From assembly GCA_963720755.1 (NCBI GenBank), contig CAVRGP010000015.1:352001-416000 (forward strand): a DNA stretch of 64,000 nt. The letters run 5' to 3'. Of the stretch, positions 49,027 through 58,282 are shown one piece after another. This DNA comes from an uncultured Chloroflexia bacterium (lineage in GTDB: Bacteria; Chloroflexota; Limnocylindria; Limnocylindrales; CSP1-4). The notes below the pieces were generated by a model. It was not told the DNA's origin, made no database searches, and worked only from the letters and a program-made list of their open reading frames with translations. The translations under genes and the position numbers were made by a program. Every line of letters starts with the position of its first letter. Position 1 is the first letter of the stretch.

Positions 49027-50325
49027 ATGCCCACCTTCAGAGCCCCGCGCGGGACCCGTGACCTGCTACCGCCCGAGACCGCCCTGTGGACGCGCCTGGA
49101 GCGCCTCGCGGCGGATCTCGCCGCCCGGTACGGCTACCGCCGGATCGATACCCCACTGTTCGAACTGACCGACGTCTTCGAACGTGGTGTCGGCGAGGTC
49201 ACCGACATCGTCGAGAAGGAGCTCTTCCGTCTGGCCCCGCGAACGGATGAGTCCGAATCGTGGTCGCTTCGGCCGGAGCCGACCGCCGGCATCGTCCGGG
49301 CGTTCGTCCAGCACGGGATGCAGACCTGGCCGCAGCCGGTGAAGCTGGTCGAGATCGGACCGATGTTCCGGTACGACCGCCCACAGGCCGGCCGCTATCG
49401 GCAGTTCTGGCAGTTCGATGTCGAGGCGATCGGCGATCCCGGCCCGGCCATCGACGCGGAGATCGTCGAGCTCGGGCTGCGCTACTACCGCGACGCCGGG
49501 CTGGCCGGTGTGGAGGTCCTGCTCAACTCGATCGGCGATGGCGCGTGCCGCCCGTCGTATGTCGCGCTCCTCACCGAGTACTACCTCGGCCTATGCGACG
49601 CGCTGCCACCGGTCGAGCGTGATCGGCTGACCCGGAACGTCCTCCGACTGCTCGACTCCAAGGATCCGGCGATGGACCCGATCAACGCGGCCGCCCCGAG
49701 GATCACCGATCACCTGTGTGCCGCGTGTGCCGACCATTTCGCTGCGGTGCGGACGCATCTCGACGCGATCGGGGTCGGGTATCGACTCGAACCTGGCCTG
49801 GTCCGCGGACTGGACTATTACACCCGGACCGCGTTCGAGTTCTACGTGCCCGGCCGCGAGGGCCAGCAGCAGGCGCTCGGTGGTGGCGGACGATATGACG
49901 GACTGGTCGAGTTGCTCGGGGGGCGCCCGACGCCCGGGATCGGCCTTGGGATCGGCATCGACCGACTGATCCTGGCTCTTGGGGAGACCGGCGTCACGAC
50001 TTCAGAGGATGGCCTGGTGGCCGTCGTCGTCGGGGCCGACCCGGACGACACCGGCGGACGACTCAGGATCGCGACCGCGCTTCGTGACGCCGGGATCCCT
50101 GCCCGAGCCGAACTCGGTCGCAGGAAACTCGGCAAGCAGCTCGAGTCGGCCGCCCGCGATCAGGCGCACTTCGCCGTCGTCCTGGGCGACGAACTGGCGG
50201 GCGGCGAGGTTGGTCTTCGGGATCTTCCCGCGGGCACCCAGAAACTCGTCGCCGTGACCGACCTGACGAGGGAGATCATCCGGGCGCACGGAGCCCACCG
50301 GCACGGGACCGCGCCAGATCATTGA
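49027..50325 (+). CDS. hisS: Histidine--tRNA ligase
   Basis: PRGT.D, LRPE.TA, FRY.RPQ.GRYRQF.Q, LVRGLDYY..T.FE, GGGRYD. Confidence 0.97.
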   Translation: MPTFRAPRGTRDLLPPETALWTRLERLAADLAARYGYRRIDTPLFELTDVFERGVGEVTDIVEKELFRLAPRTDESESWSLRPEPTAGIVRAFVQHGMQTWPQPVKLVEIGPMFRYDRPQAGRYRQFWQFDVEAIGDPGPAIDAEIVELGLRYYRDAGLAGVEVLLNSIGDGACRPSYVALLTEYYLGLCDALPPVERDRLTRNVLRLLDSKDPAMDPINAAAPRITDHLCAACADHFAAVRTHLDAIGVGYRLEPGLVRGLDYYTRTAFEFYVPGREGQQQALGGGGRYDGLVELLGGRPTPGIGLGIGIDRLILALGETGVTTSEDGLVAVVVGADPDDTGGRLRIATALRDAGIPARAELGRRKLGKQLESAARDQAHFAVVLGDELAGGEVGLRDLPAGTQKLVAVTDLTREIIRAHGAHRHGTAPDH

Positions 50326-50376
50326 GCGCCGCCGATCGTTGGCCCGGAGGCGACGAGCGGGTGATGGACCAAGGGC

Positions 50377-51147
50377 TCAGATCAGGAGCAGGCGCACCGC
50401 CACGATCGTGCCGACGACGATGATCGCGCCGCGAAGGGCGATCGGTGACAGGCGCCGTCCGACCACGGCCCCCAGCTGACCGCCGATCGTCGACCCGATC
50501 GCGATCAGGATCGCCGGCCCCCATGCCACCGGCGCGACCGCGATGAAGATGATGGCTGCGACCGCGTTGATCGAGGTCGCGATGATGTTCTTGAGGCCGT
50601 TGAGTCGCTGCAGGTCGTCATCGACCAGGATCGCCAGCAGGGCGATCAGGATCACGCCCTGTGCTGCCCCGAAATAGCCCCCGTAGATCCCGGTCAGGTA
50701 GACGCCGATGATGAGGATCGGCCCGCCGCCTTGCCTCGTTGCGTGTCCGAGGCGGGCGCGACGCTCGGTCACCCAGGCGGACAGTCGTGGTTGAACGGCC
50801 ACCAGCCCGCACGCGACCAGGATCAGGATCGGCACGATCCGCTCGAACGCGCTGGCCGGCAGGACCAGGAGCAGGCCCGCCCCGGTCAAGCCGCCGAGCA
50901 CACCGGCCGCGAGGAGCGGGATCGCCCGGGCACGCTGCCCGACGAGTTCCCGCCGATACCCGATCGAGCCGCTCAGGCTCCCCGGAACCAGGCCGACGGT
51001 GTTGGAGACGTTAGCGACGAGCGGCGGGTAGCCGAGGAACAGCAGGGTCGGGAAGGTGATCAGCGAACCGGAGCCGACGATCGTGTTGATGGTTCCGGCG
51101 GCCATCCCGGCGGCGATGATGACGATCGCTTCAGGTAGGTCGATCAA
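50377..51147 (-). CDS. Sulfite exporter TauE/SafE family permease
   Basis: AG.IN.IVGSG.LITFP.L, AN.SN, YGGYFGAAQG, N.LKN; multi-TM. Confidence 0.9.
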   Translation of the reverse strand: MIDLPEAIVIIAAGMAAGTINTIVGSGSLITFPTLLFLGYPPLVANVSNTVGLVPGSLSGSIGYRRELVGQRARAIPLLAAGVLGGLTGAGLLLVLPASAFERIVPILILVACGLVAVQPRLSAWVTERRARLGHATRQGGGPILIIGVYLTGIYGGYFGAAQGVILIALLAILVDDDLQRLNGLKNIIATSINAVAAIIFIAVAPVAWGPAILIAIGSTIGGQLGAVVGRRLSPIALRGAIIVVGTIVAVRLLLI

Positions 51148-51231
51148 GGGGACTCCCGCGGCACAGGGACCGGATTGTAGAGACCGAGCGCTACACTCGT
51201 CGTCCGATCAACGCACGAAGGGCGAAGTCCC

Positions 51232-52224
51232 ATGAGAACCAGAAGGGTGATGCACAGCCCGTCGGTCGAACCGGAACCGTTCGATCCGGCGGCGTTCCCG
51301 GGGGTCGAGGAGCGGCGCCGGGCGGACGGCGGGGCTGCCAGCGCGCGCTGGCTGGAAGTCATCGGGCCCGGGCGCCCGGTCATGGCCGACGGTGCGATGG
51401 GCACGATGCTGTTCGCCAATGGGCTCATGTTCGGCGACCCGCCCGAGGTCTGGAACCTGTCCAAGCCGGAGGTCGTTCGACGGATCCATCGCGGGTACGT
51501 CGATGCGGGATCCCAGATCCTGATGACCAACACGTTCGGCGGTAACCGGATGCGCCTGAGCCTCCACGGACTTCAGGACCGGGTCACGGAACTCAACCAG
51601 ACCGCCGCGATCCTGCTTCGCAGCGAAGTCGACGCCGCCGGGGGAACCGCTCTCGTGGCTGGGGACATCGGTCCGAGCGGTGCCATCCTGGCCCCGACCG
51701 GGACCCTTGCCTATGACGAGGCCGTGGATATCTTCGCCGAGCAGGCCGCCGCATTGGTGGCCGGCGGTGTCGACCTGATCTGGATCGAGACGATGTCCGA
51801 CCTGCCCGAGATCAAGGCGGCAATCGAGGGGGTCAGGCGTGTCTCGCCCGGCATCGCCCTCATCGCGACGATGACCTTCGACACCCGTGGCCACACCATG
51901 ATGGGTGTCTCGCCGGAACAGGCCGTCAACTCATTGACGGCGTGGGGTGCAGATGCGGTCGGCGGCAACTGCGGCAACGGCCCCGACGAGCTGATCCGGG
52001 TCATCGAGCGGATGCACGCGGCCGACCCGGATGCGGTCCTCGTCGCGAAGTCGAATGCGGGCATGCCGGAACTCGTCGACATGCGGGCGGTGTACCTGGC
52101 CGGACCCGAAACGATGGCCGATGCCGCGGTGACCATGCGAGACGCGGGCGCGTCCGTGATCGGGGGCTGCTGCGGGACCACGCCCGATCACCTGGCGGCG
52201 ATGGCAAGGATCGTCCGTAGCTAG
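51232..52224 (+). CDS. Stand-alone homocysteine S-methyltransferase domain (split MetH / Bmt-like)
   Basis: DGAMGT.L, IH..Y..AG, TNTFG, AGDIGP, IETM, GGNCG.GP, K.NAG.P, GGCCGTTP. Start 51232 or 51250. Confidence 0.9.
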   Translation: MRTRRVMHSPSVEPEPFDPAAFPGVEERRRADGGAASARWLEVIGPGRPVMADGAMGTMLFANGLMFGDPPEVWNLSKPEVVRRIHRGYVDAGSQILMTNTFGGNRMRLSLHGLQDRVTELNQTAAILLRSEVDAAGGTALVAGDIGPSGAILAPTGTLAYDEAVDIFAEQAAALVAGGVDLIWIETMSDLPEIKAAIEGVRRVSPGIALIATMTFDTRGHTMMGVSPEQAVNSLTAWGADAVGGNCGNGPDELIRVIERMHAADPDAVLVAKSNAGMPELVDMRAVYLAGPETMADAAVTMRDAGASVIGGCCGTTPDHLAAMARIVRS

Positions 52225-52237
52225 CCCGAGATCCCAG

Positions 52238-52549
52238 ATGAGCGAATGGATCTACTTCATCCACCCGCCCCGAGAGGACTTCGCCGCGACCATGACCGCG
52301 GAGGAGACCTCGGTGTGGGCGATCCACTTCGAACGCTTCGAACGGCTGCTGGCCGACGGGACGATCATCCTCGTCGGCCCGACCCTCGGACGGACGAACA
52401 CGGGGATCGCGATCTTCGAGGCGCCCGATGAGCCGGCCGCGCGCCGGATCATGGACGAGGACCCGGTCATCGCCGGCGGGTTCGCCCGCGGTGAGCTCCG
52501 TCCATTCCGGATATCGCTGATGCAGGGCCGCGACCGAGCCGATCCCTGA
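52238..52549 (+). CDS. YciI-family protein
   Basis: H...L...G..IL.GP, G..IFEA, A......DP, ELRPF. Confidence 0.82.
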   Translation: MSEWIYFIHPPREDFAATMTAEETSVWAIHFERFERLLADGTIILVGPTLGRTNTGIAIFEAPDEPAARRIMDEDPVIAGGFARGELRPFRISLMQGRDRADP

Positions 52550-52581
52550 CCGCCGGATGGAGCGGCTACGATAGGTCGGTC

Positions 52582-54462
52582 ATGACCGACGAGACGATCA
52601 GCCTTGCGACGCCGTATCGGACGCACACCTGTGGCCAGTTGCGCGCCACCGACGCCGGCTCGACCGCACGATTGTCCGGGTGGGTCCATCGCCGGAGGGA
52701 TCACGGGCCGCTGATCTTCCTCGACCTCCGTGATCGCCACGGCATCACCCAGATCGTGATCGACAAGGCCGACGCCCCGACCGCCCACGAGCGAGCCAGC
52801 CGGATCCGTCCGGAGTTCGTCGTGTCGGTCGTCGGGTCCGTCGCCCCTCGGCTACCCGGCACCGAGAACCCGAAGCTCCCGACCGGTGCGATCGAGCTGC
52901 AGGCCACCGATGTCGAGATCCTGTCCGAAGCGAAGACGCCGCCGTTCTACATCAACGAGCCGGACGCTCCCGTCGACGAGATCGTGCGCCTCAAGTACCG
53001 CTATCTCGATATCCGCCGTGAACCGATGCAGGAACGGCTGATGTTGCGGAGTCGGATGGTCCAGGCGATCCGTGAGGTCCACCACGCGAACGGGTTCGTC
53101 GAAGTCGAGACGCCGACCCTCATCAAGAGCACCCCTGAAGGTGCCAGGGACTTCATCGTTCCGAGTCGGCTGCAGCCGGGCACGGTCTATGCCTTGCCCC
53201 AGAGTCCACAGCAACTCAAGCAGCTGCTGATGGTCGCGGGGATCGATCGGTATATGCAGATCGCCCGCTGCTACCGCGACGAAGATCTCCGCGGCGACCG
53301 ACAGCCGGAGTTCACCCAGCTCGACCTCGAGATGAGCTTCGTCGACGAGGTCACGGTCATGACCTTCGTCGAGGCGATGACCATTCAGGTCTCCCGAGCC
53401 ACAGTCCCGGAGCGACCGATCCTCCAGGTCCCGTTCCCGATCTTCACCTACGACGAGGTCCTCGAGCGCTTCGGGTCGGACAAGCCCGACGTGCGCTTCG
53501 GGATGGAGCTCGTGGATCTGGGGCCGGCACTCGTCGGAGCGGACGGGACGCAGTCATCGGGGTTCGCGGTCTTCGATGACACGCTTGCCGGCGGAGGGCG
53601 GGTCAAGGCGATCGTCGCACCGGGCATGGCCAGCGTGACCCGCCGGGAGATCGACGAACTGACCGAGCGGGCTCGCCGGTTCGGAGCGAAGGGCCTGGCC
53701 TACCTCGCTCTCGAGCCGGGCGGCAACGTCAAAGGCCCCATCGCCAAGTTCCTCGACGACGCGACGCAACGGGCGATCATCGACCAGACCGCAGCTGGCG
53801 AGGGGGACTTGATCCTGATCGTCGCCGATCGGCCGGCGGCGGTCGCCGATGTCCTGGGCCGCCTCCGAGTCGAACTTGGCGATCGGCTCGGACTGGCCGA
53901 TCCTGACGCGCTGGCCTACGTCTGGGTGCACCGGTTCCCGATGTACCAATGGGATCCCGAGCTCGGACGCTGGCACGCCACCCACAATCCGTTCTCCGGG
54001 GTCCTGCCGGAGGATGAGGCCCTGCTGGTCACCGCGTCCGGCGATCCGGCCGTGCCATCTGCGAACGATCCGGCTGGCCGTGCCCGGGCGCTCCAATACG
54101 ACCTGGCCCTCAACGGCTGGGAGCTGGGCGGTGGGTCGATCCGGATCCACCGTCGCGACCTGCTCGAGCGGAGCCTCCAACTGCAGGGTCACTCGATCGA
54201 GGCGATGCAGCAGAAGTTCGGCGCCGTCCTCGACGCCTTCGAGTACGGCGCACCGCCCCACGGAGGGATCGCGCTGGGCATCGATCGCTGGGCAGCGCTG
54301 CTCGCGCACCAGACGAACATCCGCGAGGTCATGGCGTTCCCCAAGACCCAATCGGGCGCCGACCCGATGCTGGAAGCCCCGTCTGTCCCGGAACCCGGCC
54401 AATACGACGAATTGGGTCTCCGCTTCGTCGGTCTCACCCAACGGGTGGAGGTAGGTCCCTGA
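52582..54462 (+). CDS. aspS: Aspartate--tRNA ligase (likely non-discriminating)
   Basis: RTHTCG, GWV.RRRDHG, RLKYRYLD.R, TPEGARDF, LPQSPQ..KQLLM, RQPEFTQLD.E, GAPPHGGIA.G.DR. Confidence 0.98.
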   Translation: MTDETISLATPYRTHTCGQLRATDAGSTARLSGWVHRRRDHGPLIFLDLRDRHGITQIVIDKADAPTAHERASRIRPEFVVSVVGSVAPRLPGTENPKLPTGAIELQATDVEILSEAKTPPFYINEPDAPVDEIVRLKYRYLDIRREPMQERLMLRSRMVQAIREVHHANGFVEVETPTLIKSTPEGARDFIVPSRLQPGTVYALPQSPQQLKQLLMVAGIDRYMQIARCYRDEDLRGDRQPEFTQLDLEMSFVDEVTVMTFVEAMTIQVSRATVPERPILQVPFPIFTYDEVLERFGSDKPDVRFGMELVDLGPALVGADGTQSSGFAVFDDTLAGGGRVKAIVAPGMASVTRREIDELTERARRFGAKGLAYLALEPGGNVKGPIAKFLDDATQRAIIDQTAAGEGDLILIVADRPAAVADVLGRLRVELGDRLGLADPDALAYVWVHRFPMYQWDPELGRWHATHNPFSGVLPEDEALLVTASGDPAVPSANDPAGRARALQYDLALNGWELGGGSIRIHRRDLLERSLQLQGHSIEAMQQKFGAVLDAFEYGAPPHGGIALGIDRWAALLAHQTNIREVMAFPKTQSGADPMLEAPSVPEPGQYDELGLRFVGLTQRVEVGP

Positions 54463-54533
54463 TGGACCGCCCCGCTGCCCTCGGCGGGATCGGGACCACA
54501 CCGGTCGCGCGGCTGAGCGGGCTGCACACCTGA
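54462..54533 (+). CDS. Putative 23-aa bridging ORF (MDRPAALGGIGTTPVARLSGLHT)
   Basis: ATG overlaps the aspS stop (TGATG), GGAGG upstream; its TGA overlaps the CTG of the next gene. Confidence 0.35.
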   Translation: MDRPAALGGIGTTPVARLSGLHT

Positions 54534-55474
54534 ACGAACAGCCGGGCCTTCTCGGCTGGTTCGCCGACCACCCTCGTCTGGCGGCGCTGCTCGGCGCGAC
54601 CTGCATCGCGTTTTCCGGGATCTTCTATCTGTATGCGGCGGTCTCACCGTCGACCGGGACGTTCTATCGGGCCGTATTCGGTCTTCCGATCCTCGTCCTC
54701 GTGGCCGTCGGCGAACACCGGCGCCACGGCCCACTGGCGCGTGAGACGGTCATCCTGGCGGCGATCGCCGGGATCTTCTTCGCCGGGGACCTGACGTTCT
54801 GGCACCACGCCATCGGCGCGGTCGGTGCCGGGCTCGCGACGGTGCTCGGCAACCTCCAGGTCGTCATCGTGGGCTTCTTCGCCTGGCTCCTGCTCGGGGA
54901 ACGCCCGTCGCGCGGCACGCTGCTGGTCCTGCCCGTGGTGCTCGGCGGGGTCATCCTCATCTCCGGGGTCGTCGGGCAAGGCGCGTACGGCGCGGACCCC
55001 AGGCTCGGCGTCATCCTCGGTATCGCGACGGCGTTCTGCTATTCCGGCTACCTGCTGATCATCCGCCGTGGTGGTCGTGACCCGCGTCGCCCGGCCGGGC
55101 CTGTCGCCGTCGCGACCGTCTTCGTGGCGATCTCGGCGTTCGTCATCGGCGAGGTCGTCGGCGACCTCGACCTGACACCTCCGCCGGCCAGCCTGTTCTG
55201 GCTGGCGACCCTGGGGATCACCGCCCAGTCGGCCGGTTACGTGCTGATCTCGATCGCCCTGCCACGATCTCCAGCGATCATCACGTCGGTCATCCTGCTG
55301 AGCCAGCCGGTCGTCACGATGGGGCTGGCAGTCGCCCTCCTGGGGGAAACGCCGTCGCCGACGCAATTGCTCGGCGTGGGTCTGGTGATCGGCGGCATCG
55401 CCGCCGCGACGGTCCCGGTCGCCCGGATGCGTGACGGGATCCAACGGTGGCGCTCGCCGGCCACCGGCGTCTGA
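54530..55474 (+). CDS. DMT/EamA family transporter (non-canonical start or 5' frameshift)
   Basis: Frame of ORF 54701 extends upstream through RLAALLGATCIAFSGIF..FYR (EamA TM1/2) with no ATG/GTG/TTG; GE.P motifs in both halves. Confidence 0.85.
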   Translation: MNEQPGLLGWFADHPRLAALLGATCIAFSGIFYLYAAVSPSTGTFYRAVFGLPILVLVAVGEHRRHGPLARETVILAAIAGIFFAGDLTFWHHAIGAVGAGLATVLGNLQVVIVGFFAWLLLGERPSRGTLLVLPVVLGGVILISGVVGQGAYGADPRLGVILGIATAFCYSGYLLIIRRGGRDPRRPAGPVAVATVFVAISAFVIGEVVGDLDLTPPPASLFWLATLGITAQSAGYVLISIALPRSPAIITSVILLSQPVVTMGLAVALLGETPSPTQLLGVGLVIGGIAAATVPVARMRDGIQRWRSPATGV

Positions 55475-55498
55475 CGCCCGAAGGCCGATCGCTCGGGA

Positions 55499-56164
55499 TC
55501 AGCTCGACGGCGGCTCGCTCAGTCCGGCTTCGGCAACGACATCGGCACCCCACTCATGGCGTTGGCCGTCGGGCGGGTCGGGCGGCCCTTCGTAGGGCGG
55601 GAGTTCATCGAAGGGCGTCTCCGCGCCGACGACGACGCCCGGGTCACCGACTTCGATGGTCCTGGCCGGCTGCGCGGCGATCAGGTCCTCGATCACGTCG
55701 CCTGGCATCCGATCCGTCCCGATCGACCGGAGCACGTCGAGCGCCGAGGTCGGGACGAGGACCGGCCAGCCTGGGTCCCCGTGCCACGCCGGCCGAAGGA
55801 CGCGCTCGCGGTCGACGCCGTGGGCTTCGATGAGGGTCGTGATGGTCTCCGGTCCGACCCAGGTCATACGGGCCGGCCAGATGAGGATGGCACCCGTCTC
55901 GGTCACCTCGGCGATCGCCAGGTCCGCACCGCGGATCATCTGGCCGACCGGCCCGGCCTCGACCGGGGCAGGGGAGCCGTAGCTCGCCTCGGATCCTGAC
56001 AGAGCCGCGGCCACCGCACCGTCCGGATCGGGCGACAGGACCACGACCGGGAGGGCGCCGCCGGACCAGGCGAGGTCGGCCAGTCGGCGGACCCGTGGCT
56101 GACCGAGAGTATCGGCCAATGCACCGTCGGCGGTCGCGGACAGGATGACGGCAGCGACGGTCAT
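55499..56164 (-). CDS. Divergent MobA/MocA-like nucleotidyltransferase-fold protein
   Basis: VAAVIL start, G.PG.PVL and VGDPGV segments typical of NTP_transf_3, but the signature loop is absent. Confidence 0.6.
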   Translation of the reverse strand: MTVAAVILSATADGALADTLGQPRVRRLADLAWSGGALPVVVLSPDPDGAVAAALSGSEASYGSPAPVEAGPVGQMIRGADLAIAEVTETGAILIWPARMTWVGPETITTLIEAHGVDRERVLRPAWHGDPGWPVLVPTSALDVLRSIGTDRMPGDVIEDLIAAQPARTIEVGDPGVVVGAETPFDELPPYEGPPDPPDGQRHEWGADVVAEAGLSEPPSS

Positions 56165-56311
56165 CCGTCAGTGACCGATGGCGGCGAGACGGGTCGAGGA
56201 TCGGACTGCCGGGAGACGGACACGACCGCAGGATACGGGCTGCCGATGGTCGCGGTCCAGATTCCATGGGACAATCGCGGTTCCCATCATCACGTGGAGC
56301 AGTATCGACCC

Positions 56312-58246
56312 GTGCCCGACACCCAGACCCAGGACCTTGCCGACGCGACCGCGATCCGCGCAGATCTGCGCAACGTGGCGATCGTGGCCCACGTCGACCA
56401 CGGCAAGACCACGCTCGTCGACGCGATGCTTCGCCAGACTGGCGCGTTCCGTTCCAACCAGGCCGTCGTCGACCGGGTCATGGATTCGGGCGATCTGGAA
56501 CGGGAGAAGGGGATCACCATCCTCGCCAAGCAGACGACCGTCGATCACGCTGGCGTCCGGCTGAACATCGTCGACACCCCGGGCCATGCCGACTTCGGCG
56601 GTGAGGTCGAGCGGTCGCTGCTCATGGTCGATTCGGTTCTTCTCCTGGTCGACGCCGCGGAGGGGCCGCTGCCTCAAACGCGCTACGTGCTGCAGAAAGC
56701 GATGGCCCGGCACCTGCCCGTCGTCGTCGCGCTCAACAAGATCGACCGGGGCGACGCCCGCCCGGCCGAAGTCCTCGACGATGTCTACGAACTGTTCATG
56801 GACCTCGGCGCGGACGCTCACCAGATCGAGTTCCCGATCGTGTACACGAACGCCAAGGCGGGCACCGCGACACGGGACCTGGCGACGCCCGGGACCGATC
56901 TCCGGCCGCTCCTCGACCTCCTCGTGGAGGTCACCCCACCGGTGACCTATTCGCCCGGCCACCCGCTCCAACTCCTGGTCACCAACCTGTCCGCGAATGA
57001 GTACGTCGGGCGGATGGCCGTGGGGCGGATCTGGAACGGATCGATCCGCACCGGACAGCGGATCGTGGTCGTCCGCGACGAGGCCGCCGACACCACCGGA
57101 GCGGTCGAGCCGGGGCGCACGATCACCTTGAGCGGGACCGTGACCAGCCTGCAGACCGCGCACGGCATCGACCGGGTCGATATCGAAGAGGCGGGTCCCG
57201 GCGACATCGTCAGCGTCGCGGGCCTGCCTGAGGTGACGATCGGCGACACGCTGACCGAGCCCGGCGATCCGCGACCGCTGCCGCGCCTCGACGTGGACGC
57301 CCCCACGCTGCGGATGACCTTCGGGGTCAACACGTCGCCGCTGGCCGGGCGAGAGGGAAAGTACGTCACGAGTCGTCAGATCAAGGCCCGGCTCGAGAAG
57401 GAAGTCCTGGGCAATGTGTCGATCGAGGTCCGCCCGTCCGAGTCGAGCGAGGCGTTCGAGGTTCGAGGGCGGGGTGAACTGCAGCTGGCCGTCCTGATCG
57501 AGCAGATGCGGCGGGAAGGCTTCGAACTCACCGCGTCCCGACCCGAAGTCCTGCTCCGCGAGGTTCGGGGCGAGCTGCAGGAACCGTACGAGCGGATCAC
57601 CATCGATATCCCACCCGAGTACATCGGCGAGATCCAGACCGCGTTGGCGGGCCGCAAGGGCCGGCTGGAGCAGATGTCCACGGACGCCGACGGCCGTGTC
57701 CGGATGGAATACGTCCTGCCCGTTCGCGGGCTCATCGGCTACCGCGGACAGTTGCTGACCGACACGCGCGGGACGGCGCTGCTCCACCAGATCGGAGAGG
57801 GGTATGGCCCGTGGGCGGGCGACGTCACCCACCGGACCAATGGCGTGCTCGTGTCCGACCGCGCCGGTACCTCCAATGCCTACGGGCTGTTCAATCTCGA
57901 GCAGCGGGCGACGCTGTTCATCGGCGCGGGAGTGGAGACCTACGAGGGCATGATCGTCGGCGAGAACAGCCGCTCGGGCGACATGGACGTCAATCCGACC
58001 AAGGAGAAGAAGCTCACCAACATCCGGACGCACTCCCACGACGAGTCGCTCCGCCTGACCCCTCCGAGACAACTGACCCTCGAGACGGCACTCGAATTCA
58101 TCGCCGGCGACGAGCTGGTCGAGGTCACCCCGCTGTCGATCCGGTTGCGCAAGCGGGCCTTGTCGCAGCACGAGCGCCGGCGAGAGATCGGCCGAGCCGA
58201 AGATCTTCGCCGATCGGCGGAGCGCGAAGGCGCCACCCCGGCCTGA
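56312..58246 (+). CDS. typA: Translational GTPase TypA/BipA
   Basis: [64 protein letters not shown]. Confidence 0.98.
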   Translation: MPDTQTQDLADATAIRADLRNVAIVAHVDHGKTTLVDAMLRQTGAFRSNQAVVDRVMDSGDLEREKGITILAKQTTVDHAGVRLNIVDTPGHADFGGEVERSLLMVDSVLLLVDAAEGPLPQTRYVLQKAMARHLPVVVALNKIDRGDARPAEVLDDVYELFMDLGADAHQIEFPIVYTNAKAGTATRDLATPGTDLRPLLDLLVEVTPPVTYSPGHPLQLLVTNLSANEYVGRMAVGRIWNGSIRTGQRIVVVRDEAADTTGAVEPGRTITLSGTVTSLQTAHGIDRVDIEEAGPGDIVSVAGLPEVTIGDTLTEPGDPRPLPRLDVDAPTLRMTFGVNTSPLAGREGKYVTSRQIKARLEKEVLGNVSIEVRPSESSEAFEVRGRGELQLAVLIEQMRREGFELTASRPEVLLREVRGELQEPYERITIDIPPEYIGEIQTALAGRKGRLEQMSTDADGRVRMEYVLPVRGLIGYRGQLLTDTRGTALLHQIGEGYGPWAGDVTHRTNGVLVSDRAGTSNAYGLFNLEQRATLFIGAGVETYEGMIVGENSRSGDMDVNPTKEKKLTNIRTHSHDESLRLTPPRQLTLETALEFIAGDELVEVTPLSIRLRKRALSQHERRREIGRAEDLRRSAEREGATPA

Positions 58247-58282
58247 CCGCTGCGGACAGGGGTACGGTGTACGATCGAGCGC

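Noticed and set aside
46296-49034. Very long antisense or alternate-frame ORFs (912 aa here; also 56168-58885, 15315-17651, 22724-24742, 8764-10767)
   Set aside because: They shadow well-conserved genes and lack motifs; they are expected from stop-codon scarcity in high-GC, codon-biased DNA.
51150-51250. SAH or c-di-GMP riboswitch before the homocysteine methyltransferase (GAGCGCT, GCACGAAGGGC)
   Set aside because: Only fragmentary similarity; the region is explained by divergent -10 boxes (TACAAT/TACACT) and is too short.
51267-51283. GAAC...GTTC resembling a second LexA box
   Set aside because: Spacer is 7 or 1 nt rather than 4, and it lies inside a CDS.
54531-54533. TGA as selenocysteine or readthrough codon
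   Set aside because: The downstream transporter is in a different frame, so readthrough would not join the two ORFs.
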